A DNA stretch of 64,000 bases from Ramazzottius varieornatus (GCA_001949185.1 BDGG01000005.1:62001-126000); one strand, 5' to 3'. Positions 39,336 through 52,740 are shown, counted from the stretch's first letter. The notes: a model not told the origin generated them from the sequence alone. Made by a program: numbers and translations.

Positions 39336-41210
39336 TTATATAGAAAAATGTTCTGAGGACGTAGGAAATTCAGTTCGCAGACAGAAGGGATCATGCTGTC
39401 GGAAGAAACCTCGAACTCTGGGCCATTCTTCTCTCATAACACAACAATATTCGTCGTGCGTTAACGGAAAAAATAACACCTGCTGGAAAGGTTTTCAGAC
39501 TGCCAAAGCTGCTTTGAATTGGCCCATGGACAGCTGACACAGCAACTCGGAAATCTGCATGGTGATGGTCATCTTGGTTGCAGTGTCCACGTCGCCAGAA
39601 GGGAAAATGTCGGTGGCAGGCCAAGAATCTCGCAGGAGTGTGCCCGTTCCAACTAACTCCAAGAAGCGCCTATGAAATTTCGACCAATGAAAACCAAACG
39701 GACAGAGTCGAATGGACATGCAACACGACGACGCAAACTCAGCTATAAACCTGAAAGCGATCTCAATGGGCAAGATGGTTCCGTCGGCCGTAGCTGTCGC
39801 GCAAAAGTGAGCCTGGAATAGAAAAGCGGACATGAACGATGAACCTTATCTCCGGTCGTACAAATTATCCATAGAAACTGAAACGAATCGGGACATTCAG
39901 GCATGCTGATCTCACCAAAAGATCGATGGCAGGATCCTTCAGTACGTTGAGGGTCGGAATGCGTTCTCGAAGATCCGCAAGCAACCGGACGAGGCCTTTG
40001 ATGCTGCAAAACAAGCATTGACAAACCCAGAAAATCACCTCTCGAATCGAGTGCAGTATGACATACTTTGTCGAGGAAGCGTTAGCGGAGAACCAGGAAG
40101 ACTCGTCAATGAGTCTCAGGCTGTTCTCCAGCTGTTCAAGAGGGACTAAAAAACAAGCATGGATTAAACCGCGATACAAACTCATTCACACACAGTGAGA
40201 ACCACAATGAGAACAACTTCCCTCATTCTGACTTTGACTATTTACACTTCACTTACGTGCATTCGGAGGCGCTTTTTCTGTATCACTCAACAGTTCCAAG
40301 TTCTCTGACGTCGTGGCGATGTGTAGGGTGACAACAGCCCCGGATGAGCTGGATATCTTCAGGCCAGTCTCCGCCAGTAAGAACCCGTAATCTGTATAAG
40401 CTTTTGTCTTGTAACTCAGCACGAGGCACACATCCCAAAATGTTCTTCCTGATTTCCAAGGCATATCTTACCTTCAGCCGGATAGTTCTTAGAGAGATCC
40501 GCCAGTATCTTGATCGCCAGAGCGTTGACCGAAACCTCTAAGACAGACAGATAACCTGGATGAGTTCTACAGTGAATCAATTAACTGCGAAGTCCTCATC
40601 CTACCCGTCGGCATCGATTTCAGCGTAACAACCATGTCTCCGAGTAATTCGCGAGATCCGCTAATCACGACGTCTTTCTGGTACTGTCCCACCAAACAGA
40701 AAGTATCCACCATCTGCAAAGAGTGCAACACTCAGACCAAACAAGCTAATATGGTAGTAATTAGCCTGAACCGGGAGAAAGCGCACGAGTTGAGCGAGGT
40801 AGGGTAAGGCGTAGACTCACGCAGTCGTCGAACATCCCACCGGCGTTCTGGAGAGTGATACCTTCCAGAACATTCTGCAGCTTCGATATCAGACCCTGCA
40901 CACTTTCCTTCGATTTAGCTGGAACGTTTATAGCAAACAACCGCTGAAAAACGGCAGCTTTGAAAGCTTCAGCACTGTATGCTGGGGCGCTTTCATCGGT
41001 GGTTTCGGGAGTGACCGTGAGCCGTTGATACTCTGTCGCAGGCACCTACAAAGACAGACCGAATGGTACTTTAAAAGCATTTCCTATGAGCCAGTGTCTA
41101 CGACGGTGCACGGATGGAACGCCTTGTAGACTACGAAGCTTCCACAGCCATGTTCGTTTGCTGTGACTGCTGCCCTCGCGTACCTGGTAGAGATCACAAG
41201 CTGAAAACAT
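39336..41210 (-). CDS. Uncharacterised multi-exon protein-coding gene
   Basis: A chain of minus-strand ORFs (40761..41045, 40249..40464, 39865..40185, 39495..39833) is bounded by GT-AG-like sites and has globular composition. No family was recognised and both ends are uncertain. Confidence 0.4.
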
Positions 41211-41798
41211 GTTGGATATGCCAGCAAGAGACAAACTGGATGATTAAGTCAGACGAGAAGAGACGATGCTTCGTGGATGTATCCGGGAGCGAGAATGAAA
41301 CTTTGATGGACTTCGAAAGCCCGAATGAAGATTTCGATCCTGTTCGCACTTCGCAATCGTAAACGAGTGAGTCATGACGTCATCAGACAAACATTATAGC
41401 TTGATCGGCCACATCACTAATGTGCTGTCCAGTGGCCAAGTCAAAGTGGGAATGCCTAACCTATTAGTCTGTAATGGTCCTCGAATGAAATGTGGAGCAT
41501 CCTATTTTCACTCTAAAAAATTTACTTTGAACAGCCAAAATGCAGGAAGAACCAGTTGAAACTCAGTTCTCACGACAGTAGACCAGTGCACGAATGTTCC
41601 AACAGAGTCTGGTTCCAACGAGGATGTGCTCGACGTACGTTTGTAAAACCGTAACATCAGCTCGACATCAGGAAACCTGACTTACCAAAGTATTACATCG
41701 AAGACTGCAAGAATACTTATAACGGAGTAGTAATTTAGTAACGCTTCATATGACACGGACGACGACACATCCTAGGGAAAACAGGGAAACTGCGTCGC

Positions 41799-42470
41799 TT
41801 ATGTCGATTGCGTATCCAGAGAACTCTTGGCAGCTTGCTCGATGAAGTTCGCTAGCTTGATATCTCTCTGCGACAAGCCGTTCACATCGTGGCTGCTTAG
41901 GGTAATCTGAACTTTGTTGTACACGTTGAACCATTCAGGATGATGATCCATCTTCTCCGCGAGCATAGCGACGCGCGTCATGAAGCCGAAAGCCGCATTG
42001 AAATCCTTAAACTTGAACTCCTGCAAGGACGAGGCTGCTGTTCAACACCTGACTGCAGGACGTTTCGTACGCGATCTTCAGCACACCTTACCTTGGTGAT
42101 GGCATCCCTCTGGTCCACGAGATTCCAACCAGCTGACTGCAGCGGCGCCAGGTACTGAGTCCGGTCTTCCGATGACAGCTTCGGGTATTTGTTCGCCTAA
42201 AGAAAGCCAAAGAAGAAGCGTTCTGCAGTGTACATGATAGCTATATAAGTGATTGCAATGGTGTACACCGTCTGCACCCACAATTCAGACAAACTCCATG
42301 TGTCTTACCATTCTGGGTTTGGGCGCGGATGCTATGCTACCGTAGCAAGCGACCCAAGGAACAAGGATAGTGTATCTCCGAGGAGAGATATCCGTCCACG
42401 ACAGGGGAAGAGTTTTCGCTGATCGTACCACTGCTCTCGACACGAACGCGGTGTAGACACAAGCAGTCAT
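41799..42470 (-). CDS. PCBD: Pterin-4-alpha-carbinolamine dehydratase (PCD/DCoH), 3 exons (42309-42470, 42092-42196, 41799-42020)
   Basis: [29 protein letters not shown]|[61 protein letters not shown], containing the diagnostic [13 protein letters not shown]. Confidence 0.95.
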
Positions 42471-42902
42471 TCCTCCAGCGTCTTGCCGATAGGAGTGATA
42501 GGTAAGACAGGATCATGATATATGGCAAACTGCGATCGATCATTGATGATAACAAGCGAGATGAAATCAAACATCAGTTTATCTGAAACCAGTTGAATAA
42601 GCTGATGCTTGAGCAGCATAACGTCATCGCGGACTGAACCAAGCAAAAGAGTAAAAGAGGGACATTCAATAAAAACCGTGGCATCATGCACTTCACCGGT
42701 GATAAACGTGGGCCAAATTGTCGCAATGTTCTCAGTGCTCGCAAGTAGCAAGTTTCATTGTTCTCGTGTTTTTTAAACGCTTGTGTTCTGCCCGGACCAA
42801 GGCTAGGTTACCGTTACCACATCTACGCTTCGCCAAAGCTGAAGATCTGGAGCAGCGAGAGTTGTTCCTGTTGAGACGGTAAAGGACGAAGACGTCTCCG
42901 TC

Positions 42903-44675
42903 ATGTCCAACGATCTGCATAAGACGGATAGCGTGCCCACCGTGTCGCCCTCAGCTGGGCTGGATGGATGTCTGGACGAGTTGGATCCGGAACTCCGTCA
43001 ACTAAGCCTGTCGATCTGGATACGTCCGGAGCTAGCGTACGAGGAGTTCGACGCTCACGATGTCTTGACAGCGTTTTTGGAGAACAAAGGTCTCACTGTT
43101 ACCAGACACTATTGCCTACCTACTGCGTACCTGGCTGAGTATAGGAGCCCCGGTTACGATCCAGCCCTTCATCCTACCATTGCGTATCTGTCCGAATATG
43201 ACGGTAAGTGGAAGCTTCATTGAAGCCCTTCGACCGCTTCGACATTCGCAATGAAGACATTGGCTTAGTTACACTTACACATACAGTACATACGATGACG
43301 ATCCAACCACCTGTTGTTTGTCCGTAGCTCTTCCTCAGATTGGACATGCCTGTGGGCACAACCTGATCGCAATCGCGGGAGTCGCAGCTTCTCTAGGTTG
43401 TCGGAGATTGATGGAAGACTCTCGGAAGGCAGGAGAAGCTCTTCCTGAGCGGGTCGAAGGACGTGTATGTTGCTTGTAGCAAGGTGCATCAGAGTTTGTC
43501 TGATTGTCCTTCGGCGCATGGCATGGACGTGTTCGTCTTATCGGTGGTCCTTTCGCCTGCTAGAAGAATCTGATAAGAACTGGTATCTTTCTCGCAGATT
43601 CTATGTGTTGGTTGTCCCGCTGAAGAAACTACGGGTGGAAAGATCGACCTCTTAATGATGGATGCTTTCTCCTCGGTGGACTTTTGCATGATGGTTCATC
43701 CATATGGCTATAACATAGCTGAGCCGGAAATTCTTGGACTGCTAGAGGTACGTACACACTTCGGACTTGGTTGCCTTTCGGTGTTTAATACATGTTTCGT
43801 TTTTCAGTGTGAGGTCGAGATTCACGGAAACGAGCTGGACGCAGGTCTTTCGCCTTGGGAATGCGGCGCGGCAGCTACGGATTGCGCGGTGCTTCTGTAC
43901 TCATCTTTATCGCTCCTCCGGCGAACGCTACAGCCGGGAAATCAGATCCACGGGGTTATTCTGGAGGCCGGTAGGCCGCAGTCTAATCGGAAATCATTCG
44001 CAAAACTGCACTTCTATTTGCGCACACGGACCACTTTGGCCATGGATCGTCTGAAGGCGTTCTTCTTCAAAGCTCTCCAATCTGTAGCTGATCTTTACGG
44101 TATTTCTGAACTCCATTAGTAAGTCACTGAATGATGTTCGATAATGATTACCGTTTCTCCGTAGATTGCACGTTCGAAACCAAGTTCGCTGAAGACCCAT
44201 TTGAAGGCCTCGTCAGCAACAACGCTATGGCACGAGTATACAGGAAATACGGAGAACTTTTGGGTAAGTCAAGCTCAAATATGCGACGTTTGCGAGATGT
44301 GAAGCTTAGATTCAGAATGCGTTCATATAGTGGTAGCGCAAGACAGTAATGATTTGTATTCGGCCGTTAGGGTTGCAATTCCCACGGCTCCCGCCCACCT
44401 GGGGAAGCACGGATATGGGAAACGTTAGTAATGCCGTTCCTTCCATTCATCCGTTCTTCGCCATCGGCGACCCATCGCTGACACTCCATACTAAAGATTT
44501 CCAAGTCGCATCTGGAACACCAGAGGCCCACCAAGCTACAGTACAAGTCGCCAAAGTGATTGCACTGGTGGGGTTCGACTTGCTACGCGACAAGTCTTTG
44601 CAAGCGGCATGCAAAACCGACTTTTACAATTCGCCTGCAAGTTCTTCGAGGAACAGATCTGTCAGACCAGAATGA
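42903..44675 (+). CDS. PM20D2: Peptidase M20 domain-containing protein 2 (ACY1L2-like), multi-exon
   Basis: Motifs PELAYEE, SEYDALPQIGHACGHNLIA, GCPAEETTGGKI, MMVHP, GSTDMGNVS.AVPSIHP and LHTKDF occur in order across exons. Confidence 0.9.
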
Positions 44676-44797
44676 CAAGCAGATGACAAGCAGACGTCAT
44701 GTGTCTCCATGAAGAATTTTTCTGCTGGTTTAAAAATGGTTTCTGGTTCATAGTTAGTTGAATTCGGACCTGAAAGCGAAGCTCAGCTAGGAACTGT

Positions 44798-47700
44798 TCA
44801 CGTCATTTCGTTCTCAATTTCTAACGCGAGAAGATCTTCATCGTCTTCCATATCAGACGTCGCGTATCCCGCCACTACAACTTTCCAATCGATACAGTTC
44901 GGAAGTTTCCGTACGGGGATGTACCGAAACAGCAGTGAAGTGTCATCTGGAAAAAAAACTCCTTCTGGCTTAGCGTGCCAACTTCAGCTTACCGAAAGCA
45001 ATGGTTGCTCCAAATACTGTACTAAACAGATGGCGATACTGGCGATGGGAGAATTTACCATTGATTTCGACGCTGTTGCGCCACTGCAGCTTTCCACTTT
45101 CATGACTGGAGGCTTTCGAGACGGTGTCACCCTCTAGATCGACGAACTTCTTCTTCCGGTTGACAAGTTCTGCAAAACAGACAGTACATAGCATACTTTT
45201 TCAGTCGACTAGCGGTGTCATGCTCTCTGTGAAGAATGAATGTATGTATGTCTACACACTATGGTAGATGTTCTGAAGGGTGGAGAAGGCCACTGTTACG
45301 ATGTTCATTGGCGGCGGAGTGACCGGTGCAGTGTCCATGTTCATGACGAGCTTGGACCTGCCGTACTTCCACTCAAGGTCCGATCGAGCTTGAATGCGTT
45401 GGTAGGTGTCGGACAACATGGCGATCAACAGGTTGATCAAGACTACGAGAACATGTATGTCAAGAACTATCTTCTGACTTATTAGATATTGGTCGAAGAT
45501 CTGCGGTCCGCGCGACCTTCCTGGATACTTACCGACCATCGTGGCTGAAAAAATAAAAAAGTTTATTGAGTTATCATCCGGAGTAACTTTTGCGAGCTGA
45601 ATGAAAAAGCGCGATGTACTTAGAAGGTAAACCGCAAAGAGTAAGACGATCAGTAGTGGTGCGAAGGAGGGTCCGTATTTTGCATCCGGAAGGTCTGGCG
45701 GGTTCACAGTCCCGAACAGCGCAAAGTACAGCAGCACGAAGCTGGCTAAAGGATCCACTGCCATATTCAATATGTGGGCGTCCTCGTACTCATAGTCTGG
45801 TGGTGGAGGATAGACGTCTTTGTAAAGTGATGACAGCATGAAAGTGAAGCCAACCATGAAGAGAATCAGAATCACCAGGAACCGAAGAAGGTCTTTGATA
45901 ACATCCCGAATGATAATCGCGAAGGGCCTAAGTTACATCACCGTAGGTTGGTTTCAACTTGAAGACAATGGTGAAAAGATTTGCATACCCGAACATTTGG
46001 TGAAAACTCAGGTAGCTGCAAAGATGGTGTTATCTTCCCAATGCAAATATTTCACTTTGAAATTTGTCGAATGGAACGTAAGCAAATGAATTGAGCCAGA
46101 TCGCTGGCTCACTGGCGCATGTTTCCGTTGTTATTGGCTGGAGGTGTGCGCCACTTAAGAAAACGATCTGATTGGGTCCATTTGCCCACGTCCTAAATTT
46201 TTACCTGATTATTTGGATGAAAGCAAAGAGGCTGGCCAGCGCGAAGATCTGATTTCGAGCATACAGTACTTCCGTCGTTTTGTAGTAGTCACTGTCGGCA
46301 AAAGCGAAGGCGATACCGTGAAGTACCACACCCATCAGGCACAGCACAATGATGACCACTCGAATCAGTCCCAGTCCATTCCGTTCTTCCTTCGTAGTAA
46401 ACTCGTGCACAATCTTCCCAGCGATCCATATAAGTAGAAATACTTCTACTGCTGTGGGTGCTACGTTGCGAAATTCGTATAGCTTCTCGAACGAGGCCAT
46501 AGCCGCCAGCAGTAGCAGTAATATGAAGAACATGTGGCTGACTATGTGCGACATCAGCTTGACAAAGGGAATATAGTTGTACTTGTGTCCCAGAGGAAGA
46601 CTCGCGAAAAACCAGAATGGAGGAAAGAACAGGAAACCCAGAAAGGTGACGAAGCTATGCGTGTCACTCCAGTGCTGGTTACCGTGCCAAACCGCCGTCA
46701 GGTAGCGCTGAACGGCGGGAAGTGCCACCACTTCCTTGTGCTCGCCCTAGAAGTAAAACCCAGTTAAAGGTGCGAATTCAGTTCCAGATACGGGAATGTA
46801 TGAAGTGAAGAAATGTGCAATATTCGAACAAATGATATACGGCAAACGAAACTTACAAGATCGTTATCTCAAGTGGCGCAAGCTTTTGCTCTTATTGGCT
46901 GGAGCATGCGCCACTTGAAACAACGACTTTGCACGTTGATTTGCCGGCCTCCCATACTTCTTGTTAGAAAAGATTACTAGTAATACAGCAAAGCTTTTAC
47001 CTCGATCAGGATATTCATCAAAGACTTGTCCGTCGAATCCACAGCTCGGAGGATGACAGCCGGGTTGAACTTGTTGCAAGAGATAACCAGTAAGTCACTG
47101 GCCAAAGATTCGACAAACTTCGCGGCCAGGTTCAGATCTCGTTCTTGCTCCTTTTCTCGCCCAGCCAAGTCTGTGTAAAACCGAGAGATTTTTAGCCCGA
47201 TTTCCACTGGAGATGCAGAGTTGATAATAAAATCTTGCAAGGGACGATTCTGTTCCTTTCGACCACACATCATCAAGTCGAACAAGAACGTCCGGTCTTC
47301 CATCAGTGAGTATGCATCGTAGGCTTTTGTGACGAGGAACAAAACCACCTGGGCCTTTGTGGCTCCTGCTGCTAGTCCCATCGGGATCTTTCCGTCCTTG
47401 TTTTTGACCGAGGTGGCAGCACCTGACTCAACCAGGTACTTGACCACTTTTAGATGACCCGAGATAGCAGCAAAATGTAACGGCGTCCAGTCATTCTGCA
47501 AAACAGTTTGAATAGAAAAATTTATTACGAAATTTTCTGTATGCTGCAGTTCGCCCTTGTAAGGCTCACATTGTCCAGTGCCGTGATGTCCGAGCCTTGG
47601 CCGACCAGCAGCGTGACCATTTCCAGGTGTCCATTTCCGGCTGCGAGCATCAGCGCCGTCCTTCCCTTCTTGTCACGGATGTCAATTTTCGGTCCGATTT

Positions 47701-50700
47701 TACTCAACAGCAGTGAAGCGACTGGTAACTTCCCATTTCTGGCAGCTGTGTGCGTGAGACAAAAGATGCGATTAGACTATCCTGGATGACTTGAAACTTG
47801 GAGGGTACAGTACAGACATTTCTAGTACCTAAATGGAGAGGCGTTGTTTCGGTCATTGTCGTCGCTGCATCCGCCATTACGCCGGTGACGTTAAGTAAAA
47901 GCCGAACGGTATTTTCTTGACCAGAGTGTGAGGCACCTGGAAAACCCATCCAAGGATGAGCTTGCACGGCGTATAACGAGAGCGGTTATGGCGTACAATG
48001 CAAAGCTGTCATTCCAGGCTCGATCTGGAGATGCTTGACCAGGGGATTGTTGGCGGTGGGCTGTTCCGACAAGGTGGTTGCAGGGACATCGACCAACAAC
48101 TCCCGCACAAAATCACTTTGTCCACAAAATGCAGCCTGATAGAGACGAGAACTCGATGAAGCAAGAATCTACACGGAAGCTTCGCTGAGCTTCTAAAAGA
48201 CCTTACCAAGTGTAGCGGTGTCAGTCCTGTCTGGAATGACGTAAGGTCAGACAGGTTTATGGACCGTTAGTGGTTCTAGTCGATCGATCATAAGGTGACT
48301 TACTTTTATACTGCAGACGTTCAAAGAAACTGCATCCCTCAGAGCATCCAGAATTTTCACGTGTCCGTATCTTGCTGCAAGATGTAGAGGAGTAAGTCCT
48401 TCCTGGAATACATCCCGATAAATTTACGAAGCAAGATTTTTCAAACGAGGTTATTACCTTGTTTTCTTCGGCAACAGGTGCGCCTTCCGCGATCAGCATT
48501 TTTACCATAATATCGCGACCGGTCGCAGCAGCGATATGCAACACTGACGACTCCGTAGACTGTAAGCCCCACAAGTTAGTTCACAACTACAAGTTCCATC
48601 TGTCGCAGCTTATCGTACCTTCACTTTCGACGACACGACCAGCTCTCTGTTATGAGCCAGGAGCACTTGAATGACGTCCACGCACCCATTTTTGGCGGCC
48701 TAAGTGACCAAGAACCTCAGCTTGATGTTGCATGAGTAATGAGAGAGAACCCACTGATAAATTTACCGTGTGAGCGATGTTCAGTCCCTTCTGCAAGAAT
48801 ACGACGTAAAAGATTACTCAATATACCAGGTCGCACGTTGGTTGTGTCGCATTGAGTTTTACCATGTCGTAAATATCGAAGAAGTCAGTATCTCTGAGGG
48901 TTTGGAGGAAAAGTTTCACTATGTTCGCATGATTTCCGGTAGCTCCCAGATGGGCTGGTGTGCGACCGCCCCCATCTTTTGCCAAGCCGTCGGCACCAAG
49001 ACGCAGCAGATGTTCACAGATGCTCAGCTGACCGGCTTGTGCAGCTAAGAATACACTCTCGTCGAAATTTTCCTTCCAGTTATAGTTTGACTATGGACTT
49101 CATGGGACCATTTCATACCCAAGTGCAGCGGTGTTTTTTTCGACATTGACACGACGTCTGTGGCTGCTTGGTATTTATCGACCAGCAACTCCACGATGTT
49201 CGAAGCGCCTCTCTCGGCTGCAACATGCGCTGCGGTGACGCCATCTTTGTTCTTGGCGTTCACGAAAGCCTTGTGTTGTAGCAGGATGTCCACCACATCC
49301 AAGTGGTCGTTTTCAGCCGCCAGATGAAGGGCCGCTCGTCCTTCCTCGTCGAACACGTCCACGCGGGCGTGGTTCTTGAGTAGCACCCGAACAATGTCGG
49401 CGTTTCCTTGTTGACTGGCCGTGAGCAACGGCGACCAACCGTTCTATGAAAAATACAGAACTACAGGTGCAGAAAATTCTACTTGAAATTTTATTCGTTG
49501 ATATTAATCGACAGAGAAGGCCCTCTACCTTGTCCTGCTTGTTAATGCCGGTAGCAAGCTTTTCGGCACCAAAGTAACCGATAATGGTCGAGAGGATTTC
49601 AAAGTTTCCATAACGTGCACAGTAATGGAGGGGAGTTTCCAAAGACTTAAAAACAGAAACAGACCGATCGAAAAATATGACTTCAGCAAGAGAAGGCTCC
49701 CTATACCTCTATTGTTGGGGCGTTTGGGTCACCGTGAAAATCCAGCAAGAGCTGAGTTAGCATTTGGTCCTCTCCGGGAAAATGTTCCTTATCCAAAGTC
49801 ACTTGGGCCACTAGAGGAGAAATACAAAATTATGAGACTTTGGTTCACTGAGTGTTGCGGTACAAGGAGGAAACTAACCATGGTGCATTGCGGTTTCACC
49901 CACGTCGTCTGCCACGTTCACCGCTTGGGCAGCAGCGTCGCGGGACTCGGTACGGGTGATGAAGTCCAACAGTTCCCTGACCACGTCGTAATTGCAGCAC
50001 AATGTCGCAATGTGTAAAGGGGTCTCTCCGCCATGGTTTGTGTCGTTGACGCTGGCTCCTTCAGCCATCAAGATCTTGACAAGCTTTAGCGAACCCGCTG
50101 TTACAGCAACTACCAAAAACCTACGGTAAGAGTTATTCGGATAAGGAGCGGGCTGATAAACTGCTTACCGTGTAACGGAGTGGTTCCATCAGTCATGCGA
50201 GACACAGGCCTAGCTCCAGATTTCAAAAGGTACTCAGCGGACAGATCTCCGTGAGATGACCTTGCTGCAAGGTGTAGGGGACTTTCTTCCAACGGGCCAC
50301 CTGTAAAAGAAGAACAGAGACGGACGTGTGCGTCCGTGCCAGTAATGGCCATTCGACGAAGCGAGCAAGTGTGGACTGGAATACCTTTAGCATTGACCGC
50401 AGCGCCCCTTCCTATCAGAACCTCCACGACATTGGGGAATCCCGCTTCCACAGCTCTGAAAGACACAATTGAGGTGTACGCTGCATTATGACGCTATGAG
50501 ATACCCTATAAGATTTTTACATGTGCAAAGAAGTGAAGCCCTCCTTCGTCGGCGCGTCGACCTTGGAGCCGTTCTTCAGGAGAACTTGCACGACATCCGC
50601 ATGACCTAACAACAAAAGTGCCAAGTTAAAATCGCTTTTCTGCTGGAATCTAGATTACGTACGTACACGCACCGTTCTTGGCTGCCACATGCAAGGCGAG

Positions 50701-52740
50701 ATTCCCTTCCTTGTTAGGCATACTGACCGGAACGCCTCGTTTGATAAGCAGCTCCACGGTAGCGGCGTGACCGGCCAAGGCGGCAATATGCGCTAAGGTC
50801 GAACCGTCCTTGGTTCTCGTCTTCAGAGACCCACGGAAACGTTCTACCAGCGTGTCCACCACGTTGGTCAGACCCTTCTCAACAGCTAAGCTCAAGGCCG
50901 ATCGCCCTTCATTGTCCAGTATGTTCGGATCTGCACGCTTCTCGTACAAGAGGTTGACCGCGTCGATGTGCCCGAGCCTAGTTGCGAGGTGGAGCAAAGT
51001 CTCTCCATCAACCTATGTTTAGAATTTTCAACATATTTCTCCTGTGCAAACCAATAGGCTTGGATGGCCTTTTTAGCCTTACATTCTGGTTATCCAGAGG
51101 CGCTTCTTTTTCCAAAAGAATTCGGAATATCTCGGTGTTTTTCTTGCGGATCATGTAGTGAGCCAAGGTGTCTCCGTTCTGTTCCTGAAAAAACATATCG
51201 ATGGTCGCTACGTCTTCCGGGTACACGGTCATGATGTTTATGTCTGCGGGAATGCGGAAGCATAATATACGAACTGGATTTTGATAACAGAGTTGCTGAT
51301 GGGCGTCCTCTGACAGCAGTCCGTGGATGACGTGAAGGTTGCCGTTTTCCGTTGCGCGCCACAACGGAATAAACCCTTCCTGCAAAACATCCGTTTGAGC
51401 ATAACTCAATAAGGAAATCGTGTACAGTCATGCAACAGTAGTTTAATTTGTTTGATCTTCCTCACCTTGTCCATCGTCATCTTTCCTTCCGGTCCCGACA
51501 ACGGGAGGAGAAACTGCGTGATCGGCCAAGCTCCGAACTTCCGCATGACGGAAATATGGATTGGCAATTGTTCCAGTATCTACAACATACAGCAGACACT
51601 TATGCACAGACTTCGTTGTTCTCCGATGATGTGAGAACATAACCGATGACTTTGGAGTTTCCGCAGAAGCTCGGTGAAACAAAGAGATGATGGCTAAACA
51701 GTACTAACTCCTCCTTTAATGGTAGCATCCGCACCCAGCTGGATGATCAGGCGGACCATTTCTTCCTTGGCTTCTCTCGCAGCAATGTGAAGTGCTGTCT
51801 CCCCTTCCTACGCAGAATGTCAGATTTCACTGAGATGGCTGGCAGTTGGCGTTGAAGACTTACAAACCTGGTTTTTCGCGTTGATGTCGGCTCCTAACTT
51901 GACTAGCATTTCCGCGGGCACCGGTCGACTTTCTTTCGCACAAACCATCAATGGCGTCATTAGGGTTTCCTACAACGGAAGGAATATTGGTCGGCGCTTC
52001 TGAAACATTAGAACGTGGGCAAACGACCTGAACCAGATCGTTTTCCCAAGTGACGCAGACGATCAGCCAATAACAATGAAAATGTGCGCCACTTTAGAAT
52101 TAGATCTCGTTCAATATCATAGCTCGATAAAGTCCCGTACCTCTTCGGCGAAAGCAATGGCCGCGGTGACCTGCTCCTGCTTCTCCGGATAGCGATTCGC
52201 TTTCTCCAAGAGCCGAAGAAGGTTCTCCAGAGACGTCCAGCTGGAGGTCTGACATGCTTCCATAACCAAGAGCCCAACGTTTTCCGGCAGTTCCGGGTTT
52301 TCCAGCATGTTGCCCGATCTCGGTGACGGCGACCGTCGGAAGAATTCGCCTTGTTCTCGATGGCCTTGATCCTCTCTTCCGACGTCAAGTTCATCCCCGT
52401 TCATGCTGCTGCCTGGCCTTTCCTCGTTCCTTGAGGACAGTCGCAGTCCTTGTGCCAGTAGCTGCTCTTGGGTCGCCATCACTGATGTGGACTTGGGTAC
52501 TTTCCATTTCGCGGTCGTAGGAAGGAACTTGGCGTGGGCTGATTGAGACTTCACCTTCGAGACATCCGTTTGAGATGGTTCGACAATCTTGACATTGGTA
52601 TGTTCGTCGGTAAGAGGCGATGGTGGAGGGGGAAAGTCTTCGGTCATGCCAATGTGATAGGTCCCGTTCTGGGAAGGAGCAGGTAGAGGAGGCAAGACGC
52701 GAACTCCCATAAAGTTCTTCCTCTCGTGAATTCGCGCCAT
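44798..52740 (-). CDS. nompC: TRPN/NompC mechanosensitive channel, paralog 1 (complete, many exons)
   Basis: Long ankyrin array (e.g. ETPLHYCARYGN, ARVDVFDEEGRAALHLAAE, HKAFVNAK), linker FLFDLMMCG..SASPVE, S1-S6 with LYFALFG pore, LINLLIAMLSDTYQRIQARSDLEWKYG and terminal IDWKVVV. Stop TGA at 44798-44800. Confidence 0.92.
46073..46193. mobile_element. MITE-like family A copy (intronic)
   Basis: GGAACGTAAGCAAATGAATTGAGCCAGATCG..TGGCGCA..GTGCGCCACTT..CGATCTGA..TTTGCCCACGTCC|TAA. Confidence 0.75.
46835..46953. mobile_element. MITE-like family A copy (intronic)
   Basis: GGCAAACGAA..GATCGTTATCTCAAGTGGCGCA..TATTGGCTGGAG..TGCGCCACTTG..TTTGCCGGCCTCC. Confidence 0.7.
52011..52115. mobile_element. MITE-like family A copy (intronic)
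   Basis: TTA|GAACGTGGGCAAACGACCTGAACCAGATCGTTTTCCCAAGTGACGCA..CAGCCAATAACAATGAAA..TGCGCCACTT; the spacer is in the opposite orientation to the copy at 46073. Confidence 0.7.
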
